The notes under the pieces: model-generated | Seen by the model: the letters and a program-made list of their open reading frames with translations, nothing else | Told to the model about the DNA's origin: nothing | Databases searched by the model: none | DNA from: Candidatus Methylomirabilia bacterium | Lineage (GTDB): Bacteria; Methylomirabilota; Methylomirabilia; Rokubacteriales; CSP1-6 | Direction of reading: 5' to 3' | Length of the DNA stretch: 37,119 nt | Assembly (NCBI GenBank): GCA_041492755.1 | Contig: JBGPXN010000029.1 | Location: 1-37,119, forward strand | Translations under genes and position numbers: made by a program | Shown here: positions 1 through 9,110 of the stretch, in pieces | Layout: each line of letters opens with the position of its first letter | Position numbering within the stretch: the first letter of the stretch is position 1

Positions 1-105
1 CCGCTCCCCCCGACACCCCCCACCGGCGGATCATAGAAAAGCGCGCGTTTCTGAGCGCGCCTCTTCATCCTGACGGCCTTCTTCGAGCTCTCCCTCGGTA
101 GGATT

Positions 106-129
106 GCGGCGGCGAAGCCGCCGCTCGAA
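106..129 (-). repeat. REP-like hairpin (TTCGA + 8-bp stem), variant copy
   Basis: GCGGCGGC-GAA-GCCGCCGC-TCGAA. Matches the reverse complement of the 15620/24316 copies (GCGCCGGC-AAA-GCCGGCGC-TCGAA) with one compensatory base-pair change and one loop change. Confidence 0.7.
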
Positions 130-297
130 TGCGTTCGTTCCCTCCATTCACTCGACTCACGCCTTCCTCGATGTGACTGAGACTCGCGCTTCTCGCGTGG
201 GCTCGTCCTCACGCGCGATCGACAGATCAACTCACGCACGGAGTGCGTGCTCACGCGCGCTCACGTGCGCGCGTCTGTGTGTCGATTGAGAGCGTAG

Positions 298-373
298 TCG
301 GAAAAAACGACCGGTCGAAAAGCGGCCGTTTCGACCCCGCTCCTGATTTGCCGGCCGGCAAGTTTTTCCCCGG
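298..373. promoter_or_regulatory. Candidate upstream activator (bEBP) binding sites
   Basis: Inverted repeat GGTCGAAA-N8-TTTCGACC (313-336) and A/T-tract-cored dyads CGG-AAAAAACGA-CCG (299-313) and CCGG-CAAGTTTTTCC-CCGG (355-373), about 60-140 bp upstream of the sigma54 site. Confidence 0.45.
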
Positions 374-434
374 CACGCGCTCCCGACCTTGTCGATCTGC
401 CCGCCACCACGCGACTTACGAAGCCCCGAAGGCT

Positions 435-449
435 TGGCACCTCCCTTGC
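435..449 (+). promoter_or_regulatory. Sigma54 (RpoN) -24/-12 promoter
   Basis: TGGCAC-CTCCC-TTGC is an exact TGGCAC-N5-TTGC consensus (GG-N10-GC), about 55 nt before the first ORF of the operon; AGGAGG RBS at 491-496. Confidence 0.85.
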
Positions 450-504
450 CACTCCCTGACGCGACGTTTCGCGGCGCCTGTGGCCCGCGAAGGAGGAGAC
501 GGTG

Positions 505-906
505 ATGGAGATCAGGGAGCGCATCGAACGCGAGCTCGACCAGTTGCAGTGGCGGCTGCGTCCGTACGGTGGTGTGGCAGAGCTCGAGGACGAGGCCACC
601 GTGGCGATCGATCCCGCATCCGCCGCCGACCTTCTCGACGGAGTGACCCAAAACGCGGACCGCGAGATGAGCTTCGCGACCCGCAGCCTGCTCGTGCAAC
701 GCCGCAATCAGCTCGCGGTCGCCCTCGAGCGCATCCAGGACGGCACCTACGGGATCTGCGAGGAGTGCCAGAAGCCGATCCCGCCCGCGCGCTTCCAGGC
801 CATTCCCGAAGCGACGACGTGCGTGCCCTGCCAGAGCCGGCGCGAGCGGCGACGGCTGCGCGACGAGCGCGACGTCGCCTTCGTCGGCGACGGCGAGCTC
901 GCCTGA
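505..906 (+). CDS. TraR/DksA C4 zinc-finger transcription factor
   Basis: [38 protein letters not shown] (CxxC-x17-CxxC), coiled-coil N-terminus with DLLD; AGGAGG RBS (GTG 502 or ATG 505). Confidence 0.85.
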   Translation: MEIRERIERELDQLQWRLRPYGGVAELEDEATVAIDPASAADLLDGVTQNADREMSFATRSLLVQRRNQLAVALERIQDGTYGICEECQKPIPPARFQAIPEATTCVPCQSRRERRRLRDERDVAFVGDGELA

Positions 907-931
907 GGCCGGCATGAAAGAGGAGACACGG

Positions 932-2254
932 ATGTCCTCCACAGTGATGGTGGTCGACGATGAGCCGGTGGTCCGCAAGTCGCTCGCCCGCGCGATCCAG
1001 CGAACGGGCGTGGACGTGGTGACGGCGGCCGACGGGCCAGAGGCGCTCGCCAAGTTCCGCGAGGTCCGCAGCTCGCTCGTGTTCGCCGACGCGCGCCTGC
1101 CCGGCATGGATGGCTTCGCGCTCATGCGCTCGCTCAAGCACGTCGCCCCGGAGACGGCGGTGGTCCTCATCACGGGCTTCGACGTCGCAGAGATTGCCAC
1201 CCAGGCGCGCCAGGAAGGTGCGCGGGCCGTGCTCGCCAAGCCCTTCACGTACGAGTCGGTGCGCACGCTGCTGGCCGAAGCCCTGCCCGGAGCGACGGAC
1301 GGATCCGACCTGCTGCCGTTGACCGAAAGCCCGGAGATGGAGTCCGTGCTCGGACTCGGCCGGCGCGTGGCCGCCACCGACGCGACCGTGCTCATCCTGG
1401 GCGAGACGGGAACCGGCAAGGAAGTGCTCGCGCGCTACATCCATCGCGCGAGCGGGCGGGCGACGGGACCGTTCGTGGCCGTGAACTGTTCGGCGCTGCC
1501 GGAGTCGCTGGCGGAGTCCGAGCTCTTCGGTCACGAGCGCGGCGCGTTCACCGGCGCCATCGGCCGGCGCGCCGGGCTGTTCGAGGCTGCCTCGGGCGGC
1601 ACCCTCGTCCTCGACGAGGTCAGCGAGATCCCGCTCACGCTGCAAGCCAAGCTGCTGCGCGTTCTTCAAGAGAAAGAAGTGATCCGGGTGGGCACCACCA
1701 CCGCGGTCCCCATCGACGTGCGGGTGATCGCGGTCAGCAACCGGGACCTGCGTACGGAGGTGCGCGAGGGCCGCTTCCGCCCAGACCTGTTCTACCGGCT
1801 CAACGTGGTGTGCTTGCGGGTGCCGCCGCTGCGCGAGCGCGCGGCCGACATTCCGCTCCTCACGCGTTACTTCCTGCAGCGGTACGGAGCGGCCCACGGC
1901 AGCCGGGCCACGGGCTTCACCGCGGCCGGCCTCGACTGGCTGCTGTCCCATCGCTGGCCCGGCAACGTCCGCGAGCTCGAGAACGTCGTCCAGCGGGCCG
2001 TCATCATGACGCCCGAGGGAGAGATCGGCCCCGAACACCTCACGCTTGAGTCCACCGGCATGGAAGTCGCGGCGCCGGTGACGCCCGGACGCACGATCGC
2101 CGACGTCGAGCGCGAGCTGATCCTGGCCACGCTCGGCCGGCTCAACGGCAACCGCACCTCGACGGCCAAGGCGCTCGGCATCTCCGTGCGCACGATCCGG
2201 AATCGCCTGCGCGAGTACCGCAACCTTCAAGTCGGAGCCGGCGTGCGCGCATGA
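932..2254 (+). CDS. Sigma54-dependent response regulator (REC-AAA+-Fis HTH), FleR/FlrC/FlgR-like
   Basis: VVDDE, phosphoacceptor in [11 protein letters not shown], Walker [35 protein letters not shown]-terminal HTH; AGGAG RBS before ATG 932 (ORF track start 914). Confidence 0.93.
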   Translation: MSSTVMVVDDEPVVRKSLARAIQRTGVDVVTAADGPEALAKFREVRSSLVFADARLPGMDGFALMRSLKHVAPETAVVLITGFDVAEIATQARQEGARAVLAKPFTYESVRTLLAEALPGATDGSDLLPLTESPEMESVLGLGRRVAATDATVLILGETGTGKEVLARYIHRASGRATGPFVAVNCSALPESLAESELFGHERGAFTGAIGRRAGLFEAASGGTLVLDEVSEIPLTLQAKLLRVLQEKEVIRVGTTTAVPIDVRVIAVSNRDLRTEVREGRFRPDLFYRLNVVCLRVPPLRERAADIPLLTRYFLQRYGAAHGSRATGFTAAGLDWLLSHRWPGNVRELENVVQRAVIMTPEGEIGPEHLTLESTGMEVAAPVTPGRTIADVERELILATLGRLNGNRTSTAKALGISVRTIRNRLREYRNLQVGAGVRA

Positions 2255-2637
2255 TCCGGCTCTTCGACGGCGCGGTGGACCAGCTCACCCGCGGCCTCGC
2301 CTTCGCGAGCCGGCGGCACGCGCTCGTCACCGAGAACGTCGCGAATCTCGCCACCCCCGGCTATCGGGCCAAGGACCTCGCCTTCGACGACCAGCTCAAG
2401 CCCGGCGTGGTGGGCGCGACCGACGACGGCCCCGCGCTGCCGCCCCTGGGACGCTTCGAGCGCCGGCCCCGGGTGGTGCTCGCGCAGGACGGCACGCCCC
2501 GCGGCGACGGCAACGACGTGAACCTCGACCGCCAGATGGCGCGGCTGTCCCAGAACGCGCTCTACCACAACACGCTGGTGCAGGTCCTGGTCGGGCAGTT
2601 CAACTCCATGAAGCAGGCCATCTCGGGCCGGGTGTAA
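2251..2637 (+). CDS. flgB: Flagellar basal-body rod protein FlgB
   Basis: [32 protein letters not shown]; first of flgB-flgC-fliE. Confidence 0.95.
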   Translation: MIRLFDGAVDQLTRGLAFASRRHALVTENVANLATPGYRAKDLAFDDQLKPGVVGATDDGPALPPLGRFERRPRVVLAQDGTPRGDGNDVNLDRQMARLSQNALYHNTLVQVLVGQFNSMKQAISGRV

Positions 2638-2643
2638 CGGCGC

Positions 2644-3078
2644 ATGGATCTCTTCCGCGCCCTCGACGTCAGCGCCTCCGGGCTGTCGGCCCAACGCACC
2701 CGGATGGAAGTGGTCACCGAGAACCTCGCCAACGCCGAGAGCCCCATCACCAGCAGTGGCAAGGTGTACCGCCGCAAGATCCCCGTGCTGCAGGCGGTCG
2801 AGGGTGGGCCGTCGTTCTCGTCGGTGTTCGGGGGCGCCAGCAACGCGCGCGGCGGTGTGCGCGTGTCGCAGATCGTGGAGAGCCCCGAGGCGCCGCGCCG
2901 CGTGTACCAGCCCGGCCATCCGCTGGCCGGTCCCGACGGCTTCCTCAGTCTGCCCAACGTGAATCCGCTCGTGGAAATGGTCGACATGCTGATGACGACC
3001 CGCGCCTACGAGGCCAACGCCACGGCCTTCCAGGCCACGAAGTCCATGGGCGCCAAGCTGCTCGAGATCTTGAAATAG
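2644..3078 (+). CDS. flgC: Flagellar basal-body rod protein FlgC
   Basis: SASGLSAQRTRMEVVTENLANA, YQPGHPLA, PNVNPLVEMVDM, RAYEAN. Confidence 0.97.
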   Translation: MDLFRALDVSASGLSAQRTRMEVVTENLANAESPITSSGKVYRRKIPVLQAVEGGPSFSSVFGGASNARGGVRVSQIVESPEAPRRVYQPGHPLAGPDGFLSLPNVNPLVEMVDMLMTTRAYEANATAFQATKSMGAKLLEILK

Positions 3079-3080
3079 CC

Positions 3081-3383
3081 ATGGCCGACTTCGCGATCAG
3101 CCCGATCACGACCGGCGCGGTGGCGCCTGCCACCTCGACGCCGCGCGTGGGTCCGTCCACCGACGCCGGCTTCGGCGCGACGCTCAACGGCATGCTCGGC
3201 GAGGTCAACGACCTGCAGCAGAAGGCCCAGGACGCCACCGTCGCGCTGGCGGCCGACCGCAACGTCGACACCGCGCAGGCGCTGGTCGCCATCGAGAAGG
3301 CCAACATCTCCTTCCAGTTCGCGCTCCAGATCCGCAACAAGCTCCTCGAGGCGTACCAGGAAGTCATGCGGATGCAGGTGTAG
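3081..3383 (+). CDS. fliE: Flagellar hook-basal body protein FliE
   Basis: C-terminal EKANISFQFALQIRNKLLEAYQEVMRMQV. Confidence 0.95.
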   Translation: MADFAISPITTGAVAPATSTPRVGPSTDAGFGATLNGMLGEVNDLQQKAQDATVALAADRNVDTAQALVAIEKANISFQFALQIRNKLLEAYQEVMRMQV

Positions 3384-3390
3384 GTGAGCG

Positions 3391-5067
3391 GTGGCTGACG
3401 CCCTCGCCCGCGCCCTCGGCAACGGTCCCGCCTTCTGGGGCGGTTTGAGCCGCTCCCAGCAGATCCTCCTCGTCACGGTGGCAGTGCTGCTGCCCATCGT
3501 CGTCTTCGTCGGCTCCCAGTGGCTCGGCGAGGGCCAGTACGTCCCGCTGTTCGCCTCGCTCAGCACCGAGGACGCCGGCACGCTCATCGCGCACCTCAAG
3601 GCCACCAAGACGCCGTATCAGGTGGGCGGCGCGGGCGATCAGATCCTCGTGCCCGCCGACCGCGTGAACGAGGTCCGGTTGCGGGTGGCGACGCAGGGCC
3701 TGCCGCTCGGCGGCGGGGTCGGCTTCGAGATGTTCGACAAGCCGTCGCTCGGCATCAGCGACTTCGCGCAGCGCCTGAACCACCAGCGCGCGCTCCAGGG
3801 TGAGCTCGCCCGCACCATCGGCCAGCTCCGGGGCGTCACCCGCGCGCGGGTGCACCTGGTGCTGCCACAACCCTCACTCTTCACCGACCGTGAGCGCCCG
3901 GCGTCCGCCTCCGTGTTCCTCAAGCTGGCGGGGGGCACCACGCTCAACGGTGAGCAGGTGCGCGGCATCGTGCACCTCGTCGCCTCCAGCGTCGAGGGAC
4001 TGAACGCCGACCACGTGACCGTGGTGGACACCGGTGGCCGCGTGCTCTCGGCCGGCGCGGAGTCCGGCGCGTCCGGGATGTCGCCGCGGCGGCTCGAGAT
4101 CAAGGCGGCGGTGGAGGAAGGCGTCGAGCGGCGTCTGCAGAGCCTCCTCGAGGCCGCCCTCGGCCCCGGGCAGGCGCTGTCACGGGTGGCGGCCCAGGTC
4201 AACTTCGACCAGGTCGAGCGCACCGAGGAGCGCTTCGAGAATCCGGTGGCCCGCCAGGAGACGCGCACGACCGAGACCACCACCGGCAGCTCCTCCACGC
4301 CCTCGTCGGTCGCGGGATCGGCCACCCCCGGCGCGCCGGCGCCGGCGCCCAGCACCACGACGAACGGTGGCACCCGAGAATCCGAGACCACCAACTACGA
4401 GATCGGCAAGATCGTCGCCCGCACGCTGACCTCGCCCGGCGACATCCAGCGCCTCTCGGTCGCGGTGCTGCTCAACAGCACCAAGACGGTCACGAGCGAC
4501 AAGGGCGAGACCAGGGAGTCGACGCCGCGCTCGCCCGAAGACCTCGACAAGATCCGGCGCATCGTCATGGGCGCCGTCGGGTTCAACCAGGCGCGCGGCG
4601 ACGAGGTCTCGGTGGTCGAGATGCCGTTCGACACCGCGATGCTCGAGCGCCAACGAACGCTCCTCGAGCAGCCCGTGCCCCCCGCGCCGTCCCGGCTGGT
4701 CGGCGACCTCATCGCCATCAACCCGCTCATGGGCGCGGTGGTTCTCGTGGTGGCGGGCATCGGCGTCTTCATCTGGCTGGGCCGTCGCCAGGCGCGCCGG
4801 CAGGCGCTGGCCGAAGTGGCGCTGTCGCTCGAGCGCCAGGTCGAGACCGTGATGCAGGGCGGTACCGCCGGCGAACCCGTGAGCACACCGTCGGGACCGA
4901 TCATCCCGGATGAGGTCATCCGCGTGAGCAAGCAGCGCGAGAACGTACGGCAGCAGGTGTTCAGCCTCGCCAACACGGAGCCGGAGGCGACCGCCCTGCT
5001 CCTGCGCTCGTGGCTCGTGAAGAAGAAATCCGGCTCCACCATGTTCGGAGCCCGCGATGGCGACTGA
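3391..5067 (+). CDS. fliF: Flagellar MS-ring protein FliF
   Basis: Two TM segments; GLPLGGGVGFEMFDK, RALQGELARTI, ARVHLVLP, ASASVFL, IQRLSVAVLL, RGDEVSVVEMPF. Confidence 0.96.
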   Translation: MADALARALGNGPAFWGGLSRSQQILLVTVAVLLPIVVFVGSQWLGEGQYVPLFASLSTEDAGTLIAHLKATKTPYQVGGAGDQILVPADRVNEVRLRVATQGLPLGGGVGFEMFDKPSLGISDFAQRLNHQRALQGELARTIGQLRGVTRARVHLVLPQPSLFTDRERPASASVFLKLAGGTTLNGEQVRGIVHLVASSVEGLNADHVTVVDTGGRVLSAGAESGASGMSPRRLEIKAAVEEGVERRLQSLLEAALGPGQALSRVAAQVNFDQVERTEERFENPVARQETRTTETTTGSSSTPSSVAGSATPGAPAPAPSTTTNGGTRESETTNYEIGKIVARTLTSPGDIQRLSVAVLLNSTKTVTSDKGETRESTPRSPEDLDKIRRIVMGAVGFNQARGDEVSVVEMPFDTAMLERQRTLLEQPVPPAPSRLVGDLIAINPLMGAVVLVVAGIGVFIWLGRRQARRQALAEVALSLERQVETVMQGGTAGEPVSTPSGPIIPDEVIRVSKQRENVRQQVFSLANTEPEATALLLRSWLVKKKSGSTMFGARDGD

Positions 5068-6073
5068 GCTCGACGCCCTATCCGGACCCCGCAAGGCGGC
5101 CATCTTCCTGGCCACCGTGGGCGCCGACGTGTCGGCGCGGATCTTCCGCCAGTTCGACGACACCGAGATCGAGACGCTCACCGCGGAGATCAGCAAGCTG
5201 CCCAGCGTCGACGACACCGTGACGTCGCTGGTCCTGCGCGAATTCCTCGAGATGGCGGTCACCAAGCAGTACATCACCACCGGCGGCCTGAGCTTGGCCC
5301 TCGAGATCCTCGAGAAGGCCGTCGGCGACAAGCGCGCCAGCGAGGTCATCGGCCGCATCCAGTCCTCGGTGCAGCCGGCGCGCTTCGCGGCCGTGAAGAA
5401 GGCGGACCCCAACCAGCTCGCCTCCATCCTGATCCGCGAGCATCCGCAGACGGTGGCCCTGCTGCTGGCGAACCTGGATCCCGAGCTGGCGGCCGCCATC
5501 CTGAGCGCGCTCCCGGACGAGATCCGGGCCGAGATCGTGTTCCGTCTCGCCACCATCGACAAGACGAGCCCCGACATCGTCAAGCAGATCGAGGCGGTCC
5601 TCGAGAAGCAGGTGTCGGCCGGCTTGTCCTCCGGCGTTTCGTACGGCAGTGGCGCCAAGACGGTGGCCGAGGTCCTCAACCGGGTGGACCCGACGACCCA
5701 GAAGGCAATCCTGAACCGGCTGGACGACCACTCGCCGAGCCTGGCCGAGCAGATCCGCGGCCTCATGTTCACGTTCGAGGACCTGGTGGGTGTCGACGAC
5801 CGCGGCCTGCAGAAGGTCATCCAGTCCGTCGAGCAGAAGGACCTCGTGCTCTCTCTCAAGGCCGCCGGCGACGAGGTCAAGGACAAGATCTTCCGCAACA
5901 TGTCCGAGCGCACCGCGGCCAACATGAAGCAGGAGATCGAGTTCCTCGGCCCCGTGCGTCTCAGGGACGTCGAGGAAGCGCAGCGCAACGTCGTCGCGGT
6001 GGTCCGCCGCCTGGAAGAGGCGCGCGAGATCGTGCTGACCGCGCCGGGCGCGGGGGATCAGATCGTTGCCTAG
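5057..6073 (+). CDS. fliG: Flagellar motor switch protein FliG
   Basis: LSGPRKAAIFL, EHPQTVALLL, MFTFEDL, NMSER, LGPVRLRDVEEAQ. Confidence 0.97.
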   Translation: MATELDALSGPRKAAIFLATVGADVSARIFRQFDDTEIETLTAEISKLPSVDDTVTSLVLREFLEMAVTKQYITTGGLSLALEILEKAVGDKRASEVIGRIQSSVQPARFAAVKKADPNQLASILIREHPQTVALLLANLDPELAAAILSALPDEIRAEIVFRLATIDKTSPDIVKQIEAVLEKQVSAGLSSGVSYGSGAKTVAEVLNRVDPTTQKAILNRLDDHSPSLAEQIRGLMFTFEDLVGVDDRGLQKVIQSVEQKDLVLSLKAAGDEVKDKIFRNMSERTAANMKQEIEFLGPVRLRDVEEAQRNVVAVVRRLEEAREIVLTAPGAGDQIVA

Positions 6074-6701
6074 CACGTTCGCCGAGCGGGAGGCCGACGT
6101 GCGGCGCGCCGTCTTTCCCACGTTCGCCACGGCCCTGCCGGGCTCGGACGCGGCCCTCGCCGCCGCCCGGGACGCCGCCGTCGGGGCGGAAGCCGAAGAG
6201 CGACTGCGGGAAGCCCTGGCCGCGGCGCGCGCGGACGGCGCGCGTGACGCCCGCGAGGCGTTGTTGAACGAGTGGAGCGAGCGCCTGGCCGCGGTGTGCG
6301 CGGCCCTGGAGGCGGCCGAGCGCGAGCTGGCCGCGCACCGCGCGGCCGTCGCCGCCGACGTCGCGCGCGAGACGGCGCGGCTGGTGATGCTGCTCGCCGG
6401 CAAGGTCATGCAGCGCGAGCTCAGTCTCGCCGCCACCGGGAGCGACGCCGTGATCCGGGTGGTGGCGCAACGTCTGGCCAGCACGGACGCGGCGGTGGCA
6501 GTTCGCCTCGATCCCGCCACCGCGGCCGCCTTCGAAGCGTGGCGGCAGGAGACGGCGACGGCCCCCCGCGTGCGAGTCGAAGCGGATCCCGCCCTGGCCA
6601 GCGGTGACTGGGTCATCGAGACGCGGGACGGATTCCTCGACGGGCGACTCGCGTCGCAGCTCGAGGAGGCCTGGCGTCTCATCGAAGAGGGCGGCACATG
6701 A
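6066..6701 (+). CDS. fliH: Flagellar assembly protein FliH
   Basis: Ala-rich helical N-part, C-terminal DPALASGDWVIETRDGFLDGRLASQL; between fliG and fliI; TTG start uncertain. Confidence 0.85.
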   Translation: MPSTFAEREADVRRAVFPTFATALPGSDAALAAARDAAVGAEAEERLREALAAARADGARDAREALLNEWSERLAAVCAALEAAERELAAHRAAVAADVARETARLVMLLAGKVMQRELSLAATGSDAVIRVVAQRLASTDAAVAVRLDPATAAAFEAWRQETATAPRVRVEADPALASGDWVIETRDGFLDGRLASQLEEAWRLIEEGGT

Positions 6702-8023
6702 GCGCCCTCGCCGTGCTCGAGCGCGGGTACGCGCGGCTGCAAGGGGCTGAGCTCGTGCGCTCGCTCGGCAAGGTCGCGCAGAGCGTCGGTCTCGCCCTCG
6801 AGGTGAGCGGCCTGCAGGCCGCGGTCGGCGACCTGTGCGAGGTGGGGACGGCGGGCGCACCGCTCTTCGCCGAGGTCGTGGGCTTCCGCGCCGATCGGCT
6901 CCTCCTCATGCCGCTGGGCGAGCTGTCGGGCATCCGTTCCGGCGCGCCCGTCACGGCCACCGGCCGGCCACAAACCGTGCCGTGCGGTCCGGCGCTGCTC
7001 GGGCGAGTGATCGACGCCTTCGCCCAGCCGCTCGACGGCGGCGATCCCATCATCGCGACCGTGCGGCGGCCGATCCACGCCGCGCCGCCATCCGTCCTGG
7101 GTCGCCAGCGCATCGCGGAGCCGCTCAGCACCGGCGTGCGCGCGCTCGACGCCTTCGTCCCGATCGGCCGTGGACAGCGCGTCGGCATCTTCGCCGGCAG
7201 CGGGGTGGGCAAGAGCGTGCTGCTGGGCAGCCTCGCTCGCAATGCCGAGGCCGACGTCAACGTCATCGCCCTCATCGGCGAGCGCGGCCGCGAGGTGCGC
7301 GAGTTCATCGAGCGCGACCTCGGAGCCGACGGCCTGGGCCGCTCGGTGGTCGTGGTCGCCACGTCGAACGAGCCGCCACTCGTTCGGCGTCAGGCCGCCT
7401 TCGTGGCCACGGCGGTCGCCGAGCATTTCCGCGACGCCGGCCACACCGTCTTTCTCATGATGGATTCGCTGACGCGGTTCGCCATGGCCCAGCGCGAGAT
7501 CGGTCTGGCCGTGGGCGAGCCCCCGGCCACGCGGGGCTATCCGCCGTCGGTGTTCGCGCTGATGCCGCGTCTGCTCGAGCGCGCCGGCACCACCGGCCAC
7601 CGTGGCAGCGTGACCGGCCTCTACACCGTGCTGGTCGAGGCCGACGACATGAACGACCCCATCGGCGACACCGCGCGCTCGATCCTCGACGGCCACGTCG
7701 TGCTGTCGCGCGAGCTGGCCGCCGCCAACCATTTCCCCGCGATCGACGTGCTCCACAGCATCAGCCGGCTCGCCGGGGACGTCCTCACCGCCGAGCAGGC
7801 GGCCGCCGCCGGCCGCGTGCGTGAGCATCTGGCCACCTATCGCGACGCGCGCGACCTCGTCGCCATCGGCGCCTACGTCCGCGGCTCGTCGCCGCGCATC
7901 GACGCCGCCATCGACGCGGTCGACCCCATCAACGTCTTCCTCCGCCAAGGCCGGGACGAGTCGAGCGCCCGGGCCGAGACGTTCCGGCGGCTGGCCGTGC
8001 TCGCCGGCGGGAAGGGGAGCTAG
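6698..8023 (+). CDS. fliI: Flagellar export ATPase FliI
   Basis: GRGQRVGIFAGSGVGKS, IGERGREVREFIE, DSLTRFAMAQREIGL, GEPPATRGYPPSV, SILDGHVVLSR. Confidence 0.97.
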   Translation: MSALAVLERGYARLQGAELVRSLGKVAQSVGLALEVSGLQAAVGDLCEVGTAGAPLFAEVVGFRADRLLLMPLGELSGIRSGAPVTATGRPQTVPCGPALLGRVIDAFAQPLDGGDPIIATVRRPIHAAPPSVLGRQRIAEPLSTGVRALDAFVPIGRGQRVGIFAGSGVGKSVLLGSLARNAEADVNVIALIGERGREVREFIERDLGADGLGRSVVVVATSNEPPLVRRQAAFVATAVAEHFRDAGHTVFLMMDSLTRFAMAQREIGLAVGEPPATRGYPPSVFALMPRLLERAGTTGHRGSVTGLYTVLVEADDMNDPIGDTARSILDGHVVLSRELAAANHFPAIDVLHSISRLAGDVLTAEQAAAAGRVREHLATYRDARDLVAIGAYVRGSSPRIDAAIDAVDPINVFLRQGRDESSARAETFRRLAVLAGGKGS

Positions 8024-8025
8024 CG

Positions 8026-8496
8026 ATGCGCTTTCGCTTCCGGCTCGCGTCCGTTCGGGATCACCGGCGTCGTATCGAGGATGCGCGCGCCCTGGCCCTC
8101 GGCGAAGCCTGCCGCGAGCGCGACGTCGCGGTCGCGCGGTTCAACGCCATGCAAGCCCGCACGCAGGCGTGCCGTGAGGCGGTCACCGTGGCCCTCGCCG
8201 GTGGCGCCGCCGCCGCCACGCTGCACCTCCTGGTCCGCACGGTGGAGATCTCGGCGCAGCAAGCGCGCAGCGCGGCCGACGCCGTGGCCGCCGCGGAGGC
8301 GACGGTGGAGCGCTCCCGTGGGGAGCTGGTCGAGGCCGCGCGCGATCGCCAGGTGCTCGACCGCGCTCACGAGCGCGCCCACGCCCGGTTCGTGCACGAG
8401 GCCGAGCGGCTCGAGCAGAAGGGCGTCGACGACGTCGCCTCCGTCTACCAGCGCTGGCGCGAAAGCGTCGAGTCGCCGGCGGAGGCGAAGAAGTGA
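8026..8496 (+). CDS. fliJ: Flagellar export protein FliJ
   Basis: MRFRFRLASV N-terminus, coiled coil, EQKGVDD near the C-terminus; directly after fliI. Confidence 0.85.
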   Translation: MRFRFRLASVRDHRRRIEDARALALGEACRERDVAVARFNAMQARTQACREAVTVALAGGAAAATLHLLVRTVEISAQQARSAADAVAAAEATVERSRGELVEAARDRQVLDRAHERAHARFVHEAERLEQKGVDDVASVYQRWRESVESPAEAKK

Positions 8497-9110
8497 AGGT
8501 CGTCATCGTCGCGGTGCTCCTCGGCGCCATCGCCCTCGGCGGCGGAGCGTCCGCGTACTTCTTCTTCGTCCGTCCGGAGCCCACGCCGGCCACGCCGGCC
8601 AAGACGACGCCCGGCCGGTCCGCCAAGGACAAGGACGCGGCCGCGACGAAGGAGAAGACCGCGGTCGCGAGCGCGAAGGACAAGGACACGGCCGGCGCGT
8701 CGGCGACGAAGGGGCCCGCGGCCGGCAAGGAATCGGCGGGGGCGAGCACGGACGGCGGCGCCGACGGCACGGCGAAGGCCGCGGCCGCGGCGCCGACGAC
8801 GAGCACCGCGGCCGCGGGCGCGCCGGGGGCGGCCGCCGACGGGAGCGCGAAAGTTTCCGACGAGATCCGACAACTGGCCCGGCTGTACGAGGGCATGAAA
8901 CCCAAGGAGGCGGCGACGGTCTTGGCTCAGCTCGATTCGGAGCTTCTTACCACCATCCTCGTCACCATGCGTGAGCGCCAGGCCGCGAAGATCCTGGCCT
9001 CGCTGCCCGCGCAGAAGGCCGCCGACATCAGCACGCGCATCGCCCGCAGCAAGCCGCGCCAGGCCGTGCCGGCCGACGCGCGGACGGCCCGCGGAGGGCG
9101 GACGTCATGA
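8493..9110 (+). CDS. MotE/YlxF/FlbB-like flagellar protein (N-terminal TM, low-complexity linker, MgtE_N-like C-domain)
   Basis: LARLYEGMKPKEAATVLAQL...MRERQAAKILASLPAQKAADIS; conserved position between fliJ and fliK. Confidence 0.8.
   Translation: MKVVIVAVLLGAIALGGGASAYFFFVRPEPTPATPAKTTPGRSAKDKDAAATKEKTAVASAKDKDTAGASATKGPAAGKESAGASTDGGADGTAKAAAAAPTTSTAAAGAPGAAADGSAKVSDEIRQLARLYEGMKPKEAATVLAQLDSELLTTILVTMRERQAAKILASLPAQKAADISTRIARSKPRQAVPADARTARGGRTS

Noticed and set aside
5078..7948. 956-aa minus-strand ORF, and similar long antisense ORFs (512-2230, 4180-5988, 11062-12792, 17839-19398, 32660-35272)
   Set aside because: Antisense shadows of well-supported genes; expected in high-GC DNA, with no recognisable motifs.
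8619..8710. Duplicated SAKDKD segment in the MotE-like linker, and a 9-bp GGCCGGTCG tandem in fliO (~14958-14981)
   Set aside because: Ordinary low-complexity linker slippage.
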